Virus record (IMG/VR): IMGVR_UViG_3300045970_000027 | Location: 1-64,000 of that record | Direction: 5' to 3' (one strand) | DNA length: 64,000 nt | From: a virus | Shown here: piece by piece, positions 1 through 9,070 of the stretch | How positions within the stretch are numbered: position 1 is the stretch's first letter | How the letters are laid out: every line of letters begins with the position of its first letter | Made by a program: the position numbers and the translations under genes | Notes under the pieces: generated by a model | Databases searched by the model: none | Seen by the model: the letters and a program-made list of their open reading frames with translations, nothing else | What the model was told of the DNA's origin: nothing

Positions 1-286
1 TGATCAGCGAGCACTGGCAGACGTCGCCGTCGAGGTAGCAGCGCATCTCGGCTGAGATGTCCTTCATCCGAAGGAGGTAGGCCTCATCTACGGCGGGGCA
101 CAACTCGTCGTGTACCGGTCGCGGCCCCCAGAGGAGGGTATGCGTGCTGATGTCCTCCCCCTTCACATCGTCCAACGGGCAGGACGTATGCACGAAGACA
201 CCGAGGCGGGAGTGGTAGACCCACCCCAGTGACTCCCGCATCGGCTTCTCACAAACGGCACAGTTGTCATTCTCGTTAGGCTGCAT
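1..286 (-). CDS. Hypothetical Cys/His protein, truncated by window edge; C-terminal HDELC...CQC module
   Basis: Hand translation from ATG 286: MQPNENDNCAVCEK...HDELCP...CYLDGDVCQCSLI, open to position 1; overlaps end of 276..530. Confidence 0.6.
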   Translation of the reverse strand, partial: MQPNENDNCAVCEKPMRESLGWVYHSRLGVFVHTSCPLDDVKGEDISTHTLLWGPRPVHDELCPAVDEAYLLRMKDISAEMRCYLDGDVCQCSLI

Positions 287-530
287 CAGCCTTCCTTTCG
301 GCGGCGCGATAGTCGGTGAACGCTTGGTCGATGAAGGTGTTCGGGCAGGACGTCACGGACGGCTGGTACGTATTACCGCAGTCTCCGCACTCCCACGACA
401 CCGCGAGGATGCCCTGCAGGTAGCCGTCGGAGTAGCCGTGCGCGAACGCGATGATCTCGGGGGTCTGCTTCACGGTGTGAAGACCACCACCAGTTCGCCA
501 CACGACGAGTCCTCGTTGAGGACCGTCCAC
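276..530 (-). CDS. Hypothetical protein with CxxC (WECGDCG)
   Basis: ORF track; packed in leftward operon; start uncertain. Confidence 0.5.
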   Translation of the reverse strand: MDGPQRGLVVWRTGGGLHTVKQTPEIIAFAHGYSDGYLQGILAVSWECGDCGNTYQPSVTSCPNTFIDQAFTDYRAAERKADAA

Positions 531-859
531 GGACTGAACGTCCCGTTGTCCTCGGAGACCCAGCAGTATGTCGGGTCGGGGACCACACCGTCCTTGCGTG
601 TGACACGGTGGTGCCTACTGCCACAGCCCTCACACCTGATGATGCTGCCGATGGGAGGCTCGGGGATCGGTGCCCTCTTGAGGACCTTGATGTCCCAGAC
701 GTCGGTCGCGTGGTAGTGGTCCATGAAGCCGTCGTCACAGGTGATCCGGAGAGTGTTAGGCGTCCTGCCCTGCTCCTCGGTGACGAAGCCACGGTAGACG
801 ACCTCAACGAAGTCGCCCTGCTTCAGGCCGCCGATAGCGGCCACGATGTTGGCGCTCAC
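470..859 (-). CDS. Hypothetical protein
   Basis: ORF 470..970 trimmed to GTG 859, which overlaps the upstream stop (GTGA). Confidence 0.55.
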   Translation of the reverse strand: MSANIVAAIGGLKQGDFVEVVYRGFVTEEQGRTPNTLRITCDDGFMDHYHATDVWDIKVLKRAPIPEPPIGSIIRCEGCGSRHHRVTRKDGVVPDPTYCWVSEDNGTFSPWTVLNEDSSCGELVVVFTP

Positions 860-1023
860 TTGACCACCAGAACGATCTGCCCGTTGACGTTGCAGAGGGA
901 GGTGCTGATGACGGTCCCGCTGATGGCGGCGCAGTAGCCGTTCGTGTAGCCCTGCATGAGGCCGACCCATCCGATGAAGGCGGCGAGGGCGAGGGCGAGG
1001 ATGATCACGACGAGGCCGCCCAT
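856..1023 (-). CDS. Small membrane protein (55 aa)
   Basis: Hand translation MGGLVVIILALALAAFIGWVGL...; AGGGGA RBS; coupled stop/start. Confidence 0.55.
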   Translation of the reverse strand: MGGLVVIILALALAAFIGWVGLMQGYTNGYCAAISGTVISTSLCNVNGQIVLVVK

Positions 1024-1107
1024 CAGAGTCCCCTCCCTGCGCGGAAGCCGATGAGGTAGGAGACGAGGGCGATCCCGAAGCCCGTGAAGAAGAAGGGCCA
1101 GTTCACG

Positions 1108-1389
1108 TCAGCGGCCATGCCTTGCGTGCGTACGACCGCCGCCGACGGCGTTACGACGCCATCCCTGCGGGTAGTAGCCGAGGCCGAAGTCGGGGGTGAC
1201 CCCGTACGCCGACGGGTCGAACGTCGCAGGGAAGCGAGCGGTCGCTGCGTCCAACCGGTGAGGCTTCGTCTGGCACTGCCAGAGGTTGGCGTAGTGGGGG
1301 GCCGTACACGTCCCCGTGGTGGCAGCCTGCGCGGGTGTAGCGGCGGTGAGCAGCCCTAGCGTCAGGGCTGCGGCTAGCAGAAGTTTCAT
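1108..1389 (-). CDS. Secreted hypothetical protein
   Basis: MKLLLAAALTLGLLTAATPAQA signal peptide; AAGGGGA RBS. Confidence 0.55.
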   Translation of the reverse strand: MKLLLAAALTLGLLTAATPAQAATTGTCTAPHYANLWQCQTKPHRLDAATARFPATFDPSAYGVTPDFGLGYYPQGWRRNAVGGGRTHARHGR

Positions 1390-1431
1390 GGTTCCCCTTG
1401 GTAGAGAGACTGTTGTCTCGACGTACAGCAA

Positions 1432-1460
1432 AGGCTACATGATGACTGCTCGTAGTGCAA
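1432..1460 (-). promoter_or_regulatory. sigma70/SigA-like promoter
   Basis: TTGCAC-N17-TAGCCT on minus strand, upstream of the 1389 gene. Confidence 0.55.
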
Positions 1461-1596
1461 CCACTGCGACACCGTGTCGTGGTATCGGCTGGTCGTATAG
1501 GGGAGACTTAGTCGCCCGTTAGTCAGGCTCCACGCTACTGGCGGTAGAAGTACGGGATACCCCGCAGAAGTACGGGATCGTTAGTCAGACTCTCTC

Positions 1597-2577
1597 TTAC
1601 CAGAGTCCGGCCTGAGTCGCCTTCGGGGCGGGGGCCTGCTTGCTTCTCGCGTCTATCTCCTGCGAGTGGGTGAACTCATGGAAGCGTCCGGCCTGACTAC
1701 GTGCGTTGACGAGTGGCTGCCGCTCGGAGAGGGACTCATTCGTCCACTTCTCGGGCTTCGGCTTGGCTGCTCGCAGGGCACCACGGATGAAGTTGCCTCC
1801 ACGCTGGAGGTCGGCGTCAGTCAGACCCTCCGACCCCCCCGTCCGGTGAGCATCGGAGAGGAAGTCGTGGTCGGCAACCGCGTTGTCGTGGCCGCCGTCG
1901 AAGCCGTACGTATTCCGGTACTCGTTCTTCGGGGCCTTGATGAGGCCCTTGTCAGCCAGATTGTGGACGAGTCTGGTCGAATGCTCGCTGAGGTCGCCTG
2001 ATGCCTTCGGTGGCTTCCCTGTCGTACGCAACGAGTGCTCGCTCAGGACGCCGAGGAGAGAGGTCGCCATATGCTTCCCCTCCTTGGACGCCCATAGGGT
2101 GTCGACCTTCCACGGCTTGGCAGGCTCCGACTCGACCATGTAGCCCTGCTGGTTGCCGTGGTTGTCCGTGTCGTAGTTGTATGAGGCATCGGGGTCGGCT
2201 ACCTGATGCCGGTCGCGGCGACGGATCATCGAGGCAGACGCGACCTCGGACCCCTTCCCTCTCCATGCGACCGTCGTGGTATCGCTGATGATGCCGCGAC
2301 GTTCGCGCTTGAAGGCGTCGAACTGCTGCGACTTCGGGCTGGAGGTCTGGGCAGTCTGGGCGGCGTGAGTCCCGAGGAGTTCGTGCTCCCAGTCGGCCAA
2401 CTCGGGACCGTCAGCGGTCGGGAGACCGGCGTGCGGGTCGAGGCCGAGTCGCGGACGGGCGGGGGCTACAGAGCGGACGGCCCCACGAACCGTCCCCGTA
2501 CCGGCAGGCGGCTGGCTGAACCGTGCCTGACCGTTCTCGTCTATCCAGCGAGCAGCCGGACGTCGCGTCTCAGTCAC
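1597..2577 (-). CDS. Hypothetical protein, possible GNAT-like central domain
   Basis: 326-aa ORF coupled to 2574..2849; segment VDTLW..EGKHMATSLL..SGDLSEHS loosely GNAT-like. Confidence 0.6.
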   Translation of the reverse strand: MTETRRPAARWIDENGQARFSQPPAGTGTVRGAVRSVAPARPRLGLDPHAGLPTADGPELADWEHELLGTHAAQTAQTSSPKSQQFDAFKRERRGIISDTTTVAWRGKGSEVASASMIRRRDRHQVADPDASYNYDTDNHGNQQGYMVESEPAKPWKVDTLWASKEGKHMATSLLGVLSEHSLRTTGKPPKASGDLSEHSTRLVHNLADKGLIKAPKNEYRNTYGFDGGHDNAVADHDFLSDAHRTGGSEGLTDADLQRGGNFIRGALRAAKPKPEKWTNESLSERQPLVNARSQAGRFHEFTHSQEIDARSKQAPAPKATQAGLW

Positions 2578-2849
2578 TTGACGTTCCCGCCATCGAACTC
2601 GTCACGACGGGTGACGGTGACCTCCCCGAACCGCTTCCCCTCGTAGCCACCGGTCGGGCGTTCTACTGGTGCCTTCTTGAGGTCGGGGATGTTCTTGGCT
2701 TGGGCGGCCCGCTTGTTGACCGGCTTCGGTCCCTTCGCTACCTGCTTCTGCCGCTTGGCTACTCTGGCTAGCCGCTCCTGCTCCTGACGGGCGTACATCC
2801 CCTTCGCGACGGCTGAGTTCATCTGCCCGATGGTCGGATCGAAGGTCAT
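2574..2849 (-). CDS. Basic hypothetical protein
   Basis: 91-aa ORF with 4-bp overlaps at both ends. Confidence 0.65.
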   Translation of the reverse strand: MTFDPTIGQMNSAVAKGMYARQEQERLARVAKRQKQVAKGPKPVNKRAAQAKNIPDLKKAPVERPTGGYEGKRFGEVTVTRRDEFDGGNVK

Positions 2850-3838
2850 GAGGCTCCCTTGATGGCAGCGTCCTGCCGGTTGATGACGCGGTTCTCGTAC
2901 TGGCGAACGCCTTCGAAGTGGGGTGCCCCGTACTCCGTCCGGAGGAAGCGACGGCCGGGAGCCGCGAACTGGCGGGCGTTCTCCATTCCGGGGAGGGACG
3001 GGTTCGCGTGCTGGAAGGCGGCCTTCGTCTCGTCGGTATCCACATGCCCGCCACCGGGGAGGTTCGGGTTATGGACGGCAGCGGCCAACGCGGAGTCCAA
3101 GGACGTATGCGTCTTCCTCGCCCCGTCGTACGACTGCCGGAAGCCGTCCCCCCTCGTCAAGGTCGGGTAGGGGGTCTGGTAGTTCGGCAACTGCTTCAGG
3201 CGGCGGGGAGTGTGCTTGACGGAGAAGTCGTCGGCGTACGCCTCCTCGACCCCCTGCTTCTCAGGCGTGTCGTAGATAGAGGAGGGCTGGTACTTGTCCC
3301 AAGAGTCGGCATGCCCCAACTCATGGGTGAGGACGTGCGACCGCTTCTCGTCACGGTTGATGGCACCGAGGGCGACCATGATCTGCGAGTGGCCACCACC
3401 CGAGACCGGGTTGATGTACGTCCCGGCCGCCCTGCCGTCCCCCCGCTTGAGGGCGTGGTCGTCGTCCTGCACGACCTTCACGTCGACCTTCTCGTTCTTC
3501 GGCATCGGGGCGGTCGTCCGAGAGATGAGGTCGTGGACCTCCCGCCTCGCGGCTGCCCGCCTACCCTTCGTCTCCCCGGTAGACGTCCCGTCAGGGTTGC
3601 TCGTCAGCCAGCCCTTACCGTCATCCATCGCGAGTGCGTCCGCGTGGACGAAGTCGACCGCTCCTCGGACCTCGTCCTGCCTCGCTGGCGAGAAGCCCTT
3701 AGGACCCGCCTGAGTGCGGGGACGCTGGCTGACCCCGAAGAGGGTCCCCTGAGAGCCGTGCTGCTGGCCGATGTTGGATCGGAGGTCGTACTTGAAGCCG
3801 CGATCAGCCGGTTCGGCGTCTTTCGGGGCTGCAGTCAT
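2846..3838 (-). CDS. Zincin-like metallopeptidase-domain protein
   Basis: LTHELGH (HExxH) followed by EEAYADDF; leaderless ATG 6 nt below a phage-type promoter. Confidence 0.65.
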   Translation of the reverse strand: MTAAPKDAEPADRGFKYDLRSNIGQQHGSQGTLFGVSQRPRTQAGPKGFSPARQDEVRGAVDFVHADALAMDDGKGWLTSNPDGTSTGETKGRRAAARREVHDLISRTTAPMPKNEKVDVKVVQDDDHALKRGDGRAAGTYINPVSGGGHSQIMVALGAINRDEKRSHVLTHELGHADSWDKYQPSSIYDTPEKQGVEEAYADDFSVKHTPRRLKQLPNYQTPYPTLTRGDGFRQSYDGARKTHTSLDSALAAAVHNPNLPGGGHVDTDETKAAFQHANPSLPGMENARQFAAPGRRFLRTEYGAPHFEGVRQYENRVINRQDAAIKGAS

Positions 3839-3844
3839 GTAACA

Positions 3845-3879
3845 AGGATCGCAACAGGGAGAGACAGAGTCTGGCTAAA
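3845..3879 (-). promoter_or_regulatory. Phage-specific promoter class, copy 1 of 8
   Basis: TTTAGCC-N22-GATCCT-N6-ATG. Confidence 0.6.
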
Positions 3880-4974
3880 AGGAGGGCTACTGCCTCAGGA
3901 CGGGAGACCTCAACCCTGATCTGCTAGGGGAGGTAGGTGGCTCTGTGGGCCTGCCTGACTGGCGGCTCCGCATGGTTGCCGCCACAAGCATAACCTGCTT
4001 GTCTGGCTAGAACATGCTCAAGTAAGCGACGGCATTTCACCTCGCCTAACCACCTATACCCTATAGGAGGGGTATGGAGGGGTAGGAGGGGTCACTTCTC
4101 ATCCTAGACTCCGATGGCCCCGATGTCTAATCGGCTGCAAGTAGGGGCTACTACGGCCTCGTTGGCTCGTTTGCCCCCTTGGCGCGTGGGCTACTGCCTT
4201 CGGGTCGGGGGGCTGTCTACGGCTGCGCTCTGGCCAGACCATGCGTGCGGGCGACTTAAGGGTGGGGGGCCTCGCGATTCCTCATACATACCAAGCCTTC
4301 TGACTCGCAGTCAGATGGTCGAGGGCTGAGAGTTGTTGCAGCGCAACGACTTTCGGCTGCTGGCTGGCTGGCTTGGTGGTCGCGTGGTGGCAGGCTCGGC
4401 TACTGGGCTGGCGGTGGCTGGGCCTGTGGGAGTACGGCCAGAGCAGGGAGGCATGGCCGAGATGTGAGCAAGTGACCAGCAGGCCAGCCAGCCAGCCGAG
4501 TGATCAGCCAGCCCGATGGCCCGATGAGCCGTGAGAACGAGGTACCCAACTCTCAACCTGTAGTCGAGACTTGTAGCAGGAGAGACAGACATACCGGACA
4601 CCTGTCCCGCATAGAGGAACGGGTAGATGTGGCCTGCGTCACATTGTGTACCCCGAGTTACAGGCTGATCAGCCATCCGAGGCCTGAGAGGGCCTACATC
4701 GGCAGTTTCAGGGGCCTGAGAGGGAGGCAGTACCCACCGAGGGTGGCTAGATGGCGACAGGAGCCACGCTGACAGTCTGGCTAGAGGGGAGGGTCTCTCT
4801 CTACCTCTCTACTCTCCTATCCCCTTAGAGACCCTTACAGGGGCTTCACAGTGTGAACGGCCCACCCCCGACGCCCTCCCGGCGCGGGAGGGCTCCCACT
4901 CATGAGGCCTGCAGGAGGGACACGGGCTGCATATGGGAGTTGCACCTGTCACGGGTACGTGGTTCGATTCTCTT

Positions 4975-5700
4975 GTACGACAGAGCAGCGCCAGCGCCGC
5001 CCCCCACTCGCGGGGATGACCTCAGGCCAGCGCCCCGCTCACCAGCACCGCCGGGTACGCCACCACCACACGGGGCCGGATGAGGGCACGGGCCTCCTCT
5101 CCGAGACACCACCGCCAGCGTGGCCCCGAGTATGGACGGTGAAGGACCAAGCGAGAGCCTGTTAGTGGCTCGCCAGCCGAGTACGACAGACGGCAGGGGT
5201 CTCCGAGAGGTAACCGAGGCAGCAGCAAGCCAGCCCAGCAAGACGGGGCAGGGGAAGCAGCGGAGCCGAGGGTAGGGGTAGGAGGCGCTGAGTGAGAGGC
5301 CACAGCGACTACAGGATGCAGCGAGGTTGAGTCACCGGGAACCTCCGCAAGGGATACGGCCTTGCGAGCGACTCCAGCAGCGGGACGAACAGCAACGAGA
5401 GCCATGCGCTCACGATCCCGAGCATGACCCGAGGGGTACGACCTAGTACGACAGAGAGGCCAGCACGACCGGCAGCCACCTTGGGCGACAGGCCAGACCA
5501 ACGCACCGTGTCTGAGACAACGGGCGAACACCACCAGAGAGGCCAAGCCTCACCAGCGCCTTCGGGCCAACACTCGCACCGGTTCGCGAGGGTGGAACAC
5601 CTACAGCAACGTGGCAGGGGCTGGCCTTCCGGCTGGCCCCTGCCCGCTGCGGTGGCTCTCTGACACTTCAGAGGGCGACCGGAGCGACAGACCACACACA
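4975..5700 (+). ncRNA. Candidate large structured non-coding RNA or long structured leader
   Basis: No credible CDS; T-poor; several stems, with C(UUCG)G, GCAA and GAGA tetraloops; family not recognised. Confidence 0.4.
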
Positions 5701-5719
5701 CCAAACAGAGGGAGTCACC

Positions 5720-6373
5720 ATGACCACGACCACCACGACCACGACCGAGACCGACCTCTTCGCCCGCGCCACGCTCGCCGCCCTCCTCTTCAAGAACACC
5801 AAGAGCGCGAACCGCGAGGCAGCCGAGGCAGCCTTCCGCGAGTCAGCCGTCGCGACCTACAACGCGCTGGCTGGCAAGTCAGCCAAGAGCGCGTCCAAGT
5901 TGGCCGAGGCCAACAAGGCTGCAGGCGCTGGCTACGGCTCGCCCGCCGCCATCGGCTTCCACTCGATGACCGGACGCGCGCTGACCCACCTCTCGGCCCC
6001 GGTCGATGAGGACGGCAACGAGGGCACGTTCTCAGCCCAGCGCATCCAGACCCTCATCAAGAAGGTCGGACAGGAGACCGCGAAGCGCCTCATCGGCAAG
6101 GCGTCCGATCTCGGCGACCTCGCCACCAAGTTGGGCGAGGCGTACGAGGCCCCGACCGTCGACATCGTCAAGGCGCTGCAGGCCGCACTCGACCTCATTG
6201 CCAGCGTCGAGGAGCAGCGCCTCCTTGGTCACGCTCTCCCGGCTACCGCCGACGCCATCGTCGCCGCCTGCCAGACCTCGCTCGACAACGTCGTGCTGGG
6301 TGCGACCCCGATCCAGACCGAGATCGTCGGCAGCGTGTCCGAGGAGTTCCTCGCCGCCCTCTCCTCCAACTAG
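5720..6373 (+). CDS. Hypothetical protein, first gene of the rightward arm
   Basis: 217 aa; GAGGGAG RBS; GC3-rich codons. Confidence 0.85.
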   Translation: MTTTTTTTTETDLFARATLAALLFKNTKSANREAAEAAFRESAVATYNALAGKSAKSASKLAEANKAAGAGYGSPAAIGFHSMTGRALTHLSAPVDEDGNEGTFSAQRIQTLIKKVGQETAKRLIGKASDLGDLATKLGEAYEAPTVDIVKALQAALDLIASVEEQRLLGHALPATADAIVAACQTSLDNVVLGATPIQTEIVGSVSEEFLAALSSN

Positions 6374-6381
6374 CAAGGATC

Positions 6382-6415
6382 GCCCCGGTGTGCGCTCACA
6401 GATCGGCACCGGGGC
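6382..6415 (+). terminator. Stem-loop after gene 5720
   Basis: GCCCCGGTG...CACCGGGGC. Confidence 0.5.
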
Positions 6416-6449
6416 ACGTCAGTCGTTCACACCGTGAAAGGGAGTCACC

Positions 6450-6557
6450 ATGACCACACTCGCCGCCGCCTTCGCCGCCGCCTTCGAAGCCAAGACAGGC
6501 AAGACCTCGTCCGAGGCCAACGCCGCCGTCCTCCGCGCCATGCACGGTGCCAAGTGA
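6450..6557 (+). CDS. 35-aa peptide MTTLAAAFAAAFEAKTGKTSSEANAAVLRAMHGAK
   Basis: Same GGGAGTCACCATGACCAC start context as gene 5720; stop overlaps next GTG. Confidence 0.6.
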   Translation: MTTLAAAFAAAFEAKTGKTSSEANAAVLRAMHGAK

Positions 6558-6736
6558 CGGCCCGTCCTGCCCTCGTCAACGTCACCGGGCACACTCGCGC
6601 CGGGGATGAGGGTCGCGAACTCGTCTGCCCAGACTGCGGCAGCACCTGCCGCGTCTACCACTTCTCATGGTCAGCCATCTGGTGCGTGACCTGCGACCAG
6701 ATGGTCGTGAAGACCGACTGGCTCACCACCTCCTGA
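6554..6736 (+). CDS. Small zinc-ribbon protein
   Basis: CPDC...CVTC; GTG start overlaps upstream stop. Confidence 0.6.
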   Translation: MTARPALVNVTGHTRAGDEGRELVCPDCGSTCRVYHFSWSAIWCVTCDQMVVKTDWLTTS

Positions 6737-6746
6737 AGGGACCAGC

Positions 6747-7193
6747 ATGAGCAAGCAGACCGCCGTCATCTTCGACATGGACGGCACGCTCGCCGACGTC
6801 CGGAGCATCCGGCACTTCGTCCTGACCAAGCCGAAGGACTTCACCTCGTTCCACAACGAGAGCGTGACCGTCCCGCCGCACGACTGGGTGGTCGATGCCG
6901 CCAAGGCGTGTCATGCCAACGGGGTCGCCGTCATCATCGTCACCGCTCGCCGGTCGATCTGGGCGCGACAGACAGGCATGTGGCTCGCTCTCAACGACGT
7001 CCCGAGTGACGCCATCTTCATGCGTCCCGAGTGGGACCACCGTCCCGACGTCGAGGTCAAGCGCGACATCCTCGCGGAGATCCGCGAGAGGTGGGACGTC
7101 GTCCACGCGTTCGATGACAACCCCAGCATCATTGCCCTCTGGAGGTCGGAGGGTATCGGAGTCACCACCGTCCCCGGTTGGAGTACAGAGTGA
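6747..7193 (+). CDS. HAD 3'-phosphatase (polynucleotide kinase phosphatase-domain-like)
   Basis: FDMDGTLA motif I, VTAR, MRP..D.RPD..VK, AFDDNP motif IV. Confidence 0.85.
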   Translation: MSKQTAVIFDMDGTLADVRSIRHFVLTKPKDFTSFHNESVTVPPHDWVVDAAKACHANGVAVIIVTARRSIWARQTGMWLALNDVPSDAIFMRPEWDHRPDVEVKRDILAEIRERWDVVHAFDDNPSIIALWRSEGIGVTTVPGWSTE

Positions 7194-7474
7194 GCACCGC
7201 AACAAACAACCGCCCCATCGACACCAGCCGCAAGATGCAGGAGTGGGTCCTCCCCAAGGGCGACACCCACACCTTCATGCAGGCATACGTCGGCGAGACC
7301 CACTCGACGGTCGTCTTCTTCACCCGTGAGCGTGCGTCAGCCATACGCGTCCCCTTCTTTGAGGACCGCTGCAGCGACCTGCAGGATGACGGCTTCGTCG
7401 TCTTCTACCACCGTGTCAGCAACGCCGACATCACCGCCTACCTCACCGACGTTCACACCGTGAAAGGAAACTAG
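7190..7474 (+). CDS. Hypothetical protein
   Basis: ORF track, GTGA coupling. Confidence 0.6.
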   Translation: MSTATNNRPIDTSRKMQEWVLPKGDTHTFMQAYVGETHSTVVFFTRERASAIRVPFFEDRCSDLQDDGFVVFYHRVSNADITAYLTDVHTVKGN

Positions 7475-7476
7475 CC

Positions 7477-7854
7477 ATGCGTCCTGAGTTCCTCATCCAG
7501 CAACTGGTCGACCCGCAGGTCATCATCTCCGACCTGATGGCACACGCCGTCGTCGCCGCCATGCTCAAGGACGATGACATTGCCGAGCGTACGACGGCAG
7601 CCATCGTCGCCATGACCGGCTTCTCCGACCAGCAGGTCAGGCATGCCGTCCTCACACAGGCTCGCGCGCTGGCTGAGATGCCCGAGCCGGACGACGGCAA
7701 CGGGGACGGCGAGGACTGCGAGACCTGCCCGGTCAAGGACCTCTGCCCCGACTCGACCGCCGAGAAGGATGCGCTCGCCGCTGACTTCGATTTCGCCGCC
7801 TTCGCCGCCGACGTGCTGGACGACATCGACAACCTCCCCGAGGTGACCGAGTGA
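7477..7854 (+). CDS. Acidic hypothetical protein with CxxC
   Basis: ORF track; AAGGA RBS. Confidence 0.7.
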   Translation: MRPEFLIQQLVDPQVIISDLMAHAVVAAMLKDDDIAERTTAAIVAMTGFSDQQVRHAVLTQARALAEMPEPDDGNGDGEDCETCPVKDLCPDSTAEKDALAADFDFAAFAADVLDDIDNLPEVTE

Positions 7855-8198
7855 AGCCGCGCTACACCGTCGCCAAGCCTCCCCGCGTCCATGAGGTCGC
7901 CAAGGCCGTTCACTGGGCGAGCAAGGACATGATGAACTTCCTCCGCTACAAGTACGGCCTGACGATCCTCTCGGCCAGCAGCCCCGTCCCCCTCCCCGTC
8001 GCCATCGACCTCGTCAACAACGTCTGGAGGGAGAGGAGCGCCCCTCAGCGCCACATCACTCTGGCTGGCACTCAGGCTGATGGCACCATCGGTGCCGACT
8101 GCTCCTGTGGCTGGTCGGTCCGAATCGACTCGCTCACCTACGCCGCAGAACACGCCAACCTTCACCTCACCCTCTCCAACAACAGGGAGTCGCAATGA
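7851..8198 (+). CDS. Protein with translation initiation factor 2 N-terminal (IF2_N)-like domain and a C-terminal Cys/His site
   Basis: RVHEVAK...SKDMM...SASSPV.LPVA resembles actinobacterial IF2 N-terminus (RVHELAK...SK...SASS). Confidence 0.6.
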   Translation: MKPRYTVAKPPRVHEVAKAVHWASKDMMNFLRYKYGLTILSASSPVPLPVAIDLVNNVWRERSAPQRHITLAGTQADGTIGADCSCGWSVRIDSLTYAAEHANLHLTLSNNRESQ

Positions 8199-8779
8199 CT
8201 GAGTACCTCGTCACCTACCGGAACGTCATGAAGGCCGTCACCGGGATGCCGAACGTCGGCCCCGAGCGCCAGATGGTCTTCAACGTGGTCTCCATGGCTG
8301 CCCTCTTCGCCGAGATGCGTATGTACGAGCGGGTCGTGGTCGACGTCGTCCTCTACGAGGACAGCGACGACAAGCCGGTCGTCCATGCCTCCCCGAGGCC
8401 AGCCGCCACAAACACGCCGCCTGCCCCGACCCCGCGCGACGTCCTCCACGCCATCGTCAAGTTCGTAGAGGTGCTCGATACCAACACGGCCGAGCGCTTC
8501 TCGACTGCCTACCCCAACCTCAAGCCGCCCACTCACGGCACCGAGCGTGGTCGTCGCTTCGTCAAGGTCGTACGGTCAGACGCTGGAGGTCAAGGCCAGC
8601 GCTTCGCGGAGTGTTTCGTAGACCTCACCAACGGTGACGTCATCAAGGCCGCTGGCTGGGCTGGCCCACAGCGTGACCGTGAAGGCAACCTCGCCGTCCG
8701 GTACAACCTGCTGGACGACGCAAGCCGCGACAGCCTGTACGCCAAGGCTGGCAAGGTCAGTGGCTACCTCTACGCCTGA
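8195..8779 (+). CDS. Conserved phage hypothetical protein
   Basis: C-terminal FVD..NGDV.KAAGW..P motif, recalled from large phage genomes. Confidence 0.7.
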   Translation: MTEYLVTYRNVMKAVTGMPNVGPERQMVFNVVSMAALFAEMRMYERVVVDVVLYEDSDDKPVVHASPRPAATNTPPAPTPRDVLHAIVKFVEVLDTNTAERFSTAYPNLKPPTHGTERGRRFVKVVRSDAGGQGQRFAECFVDLTNGDVIKAAGWAGPQRDREGNLAVRYNLLDDASRDSLYAKAGKVSGYLYA

Positions 8780-8833
8780 CCCTGTCACTCCAACTAACAC
8801 TCCGACTGACATTCACACTGTGAAAGGAAACTG

Positions 8834-9070
8834 ATGGTTGACACCGAGACCACACCCAAGCCGAGCCTGACCGCACACGACAGGTGCTGCGCTACCGCGA
8901 ACGGGACCGAGGCCGCACAGGTCATCGTGACCATCGGTGAGGGTGAGCCGCTCCTCTTCTGCGGCCATCACTACGACAAGCATGCAGCCGCGCTGGACAC
9001 CTTCGGCGCGGTCGTCATCGACACCCGCAACACGACGCCGACCAACCGGCAGCAGGGAGACCACCAGTGA
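8834..9070 (+). CDS. Small actinobacterial-type Cys/His protein
   Basis: LTAHDRC...AQV...LLFCGHH motif. Confidence 0.75.
   Translation: MVDTETTPKPSLTAHDRCCATANGTEAAQVIVTIGEGEPLLFCGHHYDKHAAALDTFGAVVIDTRNTTPTNRQQGDHQ

Noticed and set aside
1546-1578. AGAAGTACGGGAT direct repeat (two copies, 20 bp apart)
   Set aside because: Real but only one local pair; possibly an operator, with too little support to call.
2918-3919. Long antisense ORFs (this one, 8971..9837, 56299..57183 and others)
   Set aside because: They overlap better-supported genes on the opposite strand; typical GC-rich shadows.
4975-5700. Group I/II intron, tmRNA or RNase P RNA
   Set aside because: No recognisable catalytic-core or terminal consensus and no interrupted gene.
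4114-5704. ORF-track proteins in the divergent region
   Set aside because: No RBS, atypical codon usage and low-complexity Arg/Pro/Ala translations expected from high-GC shadow ORFs.
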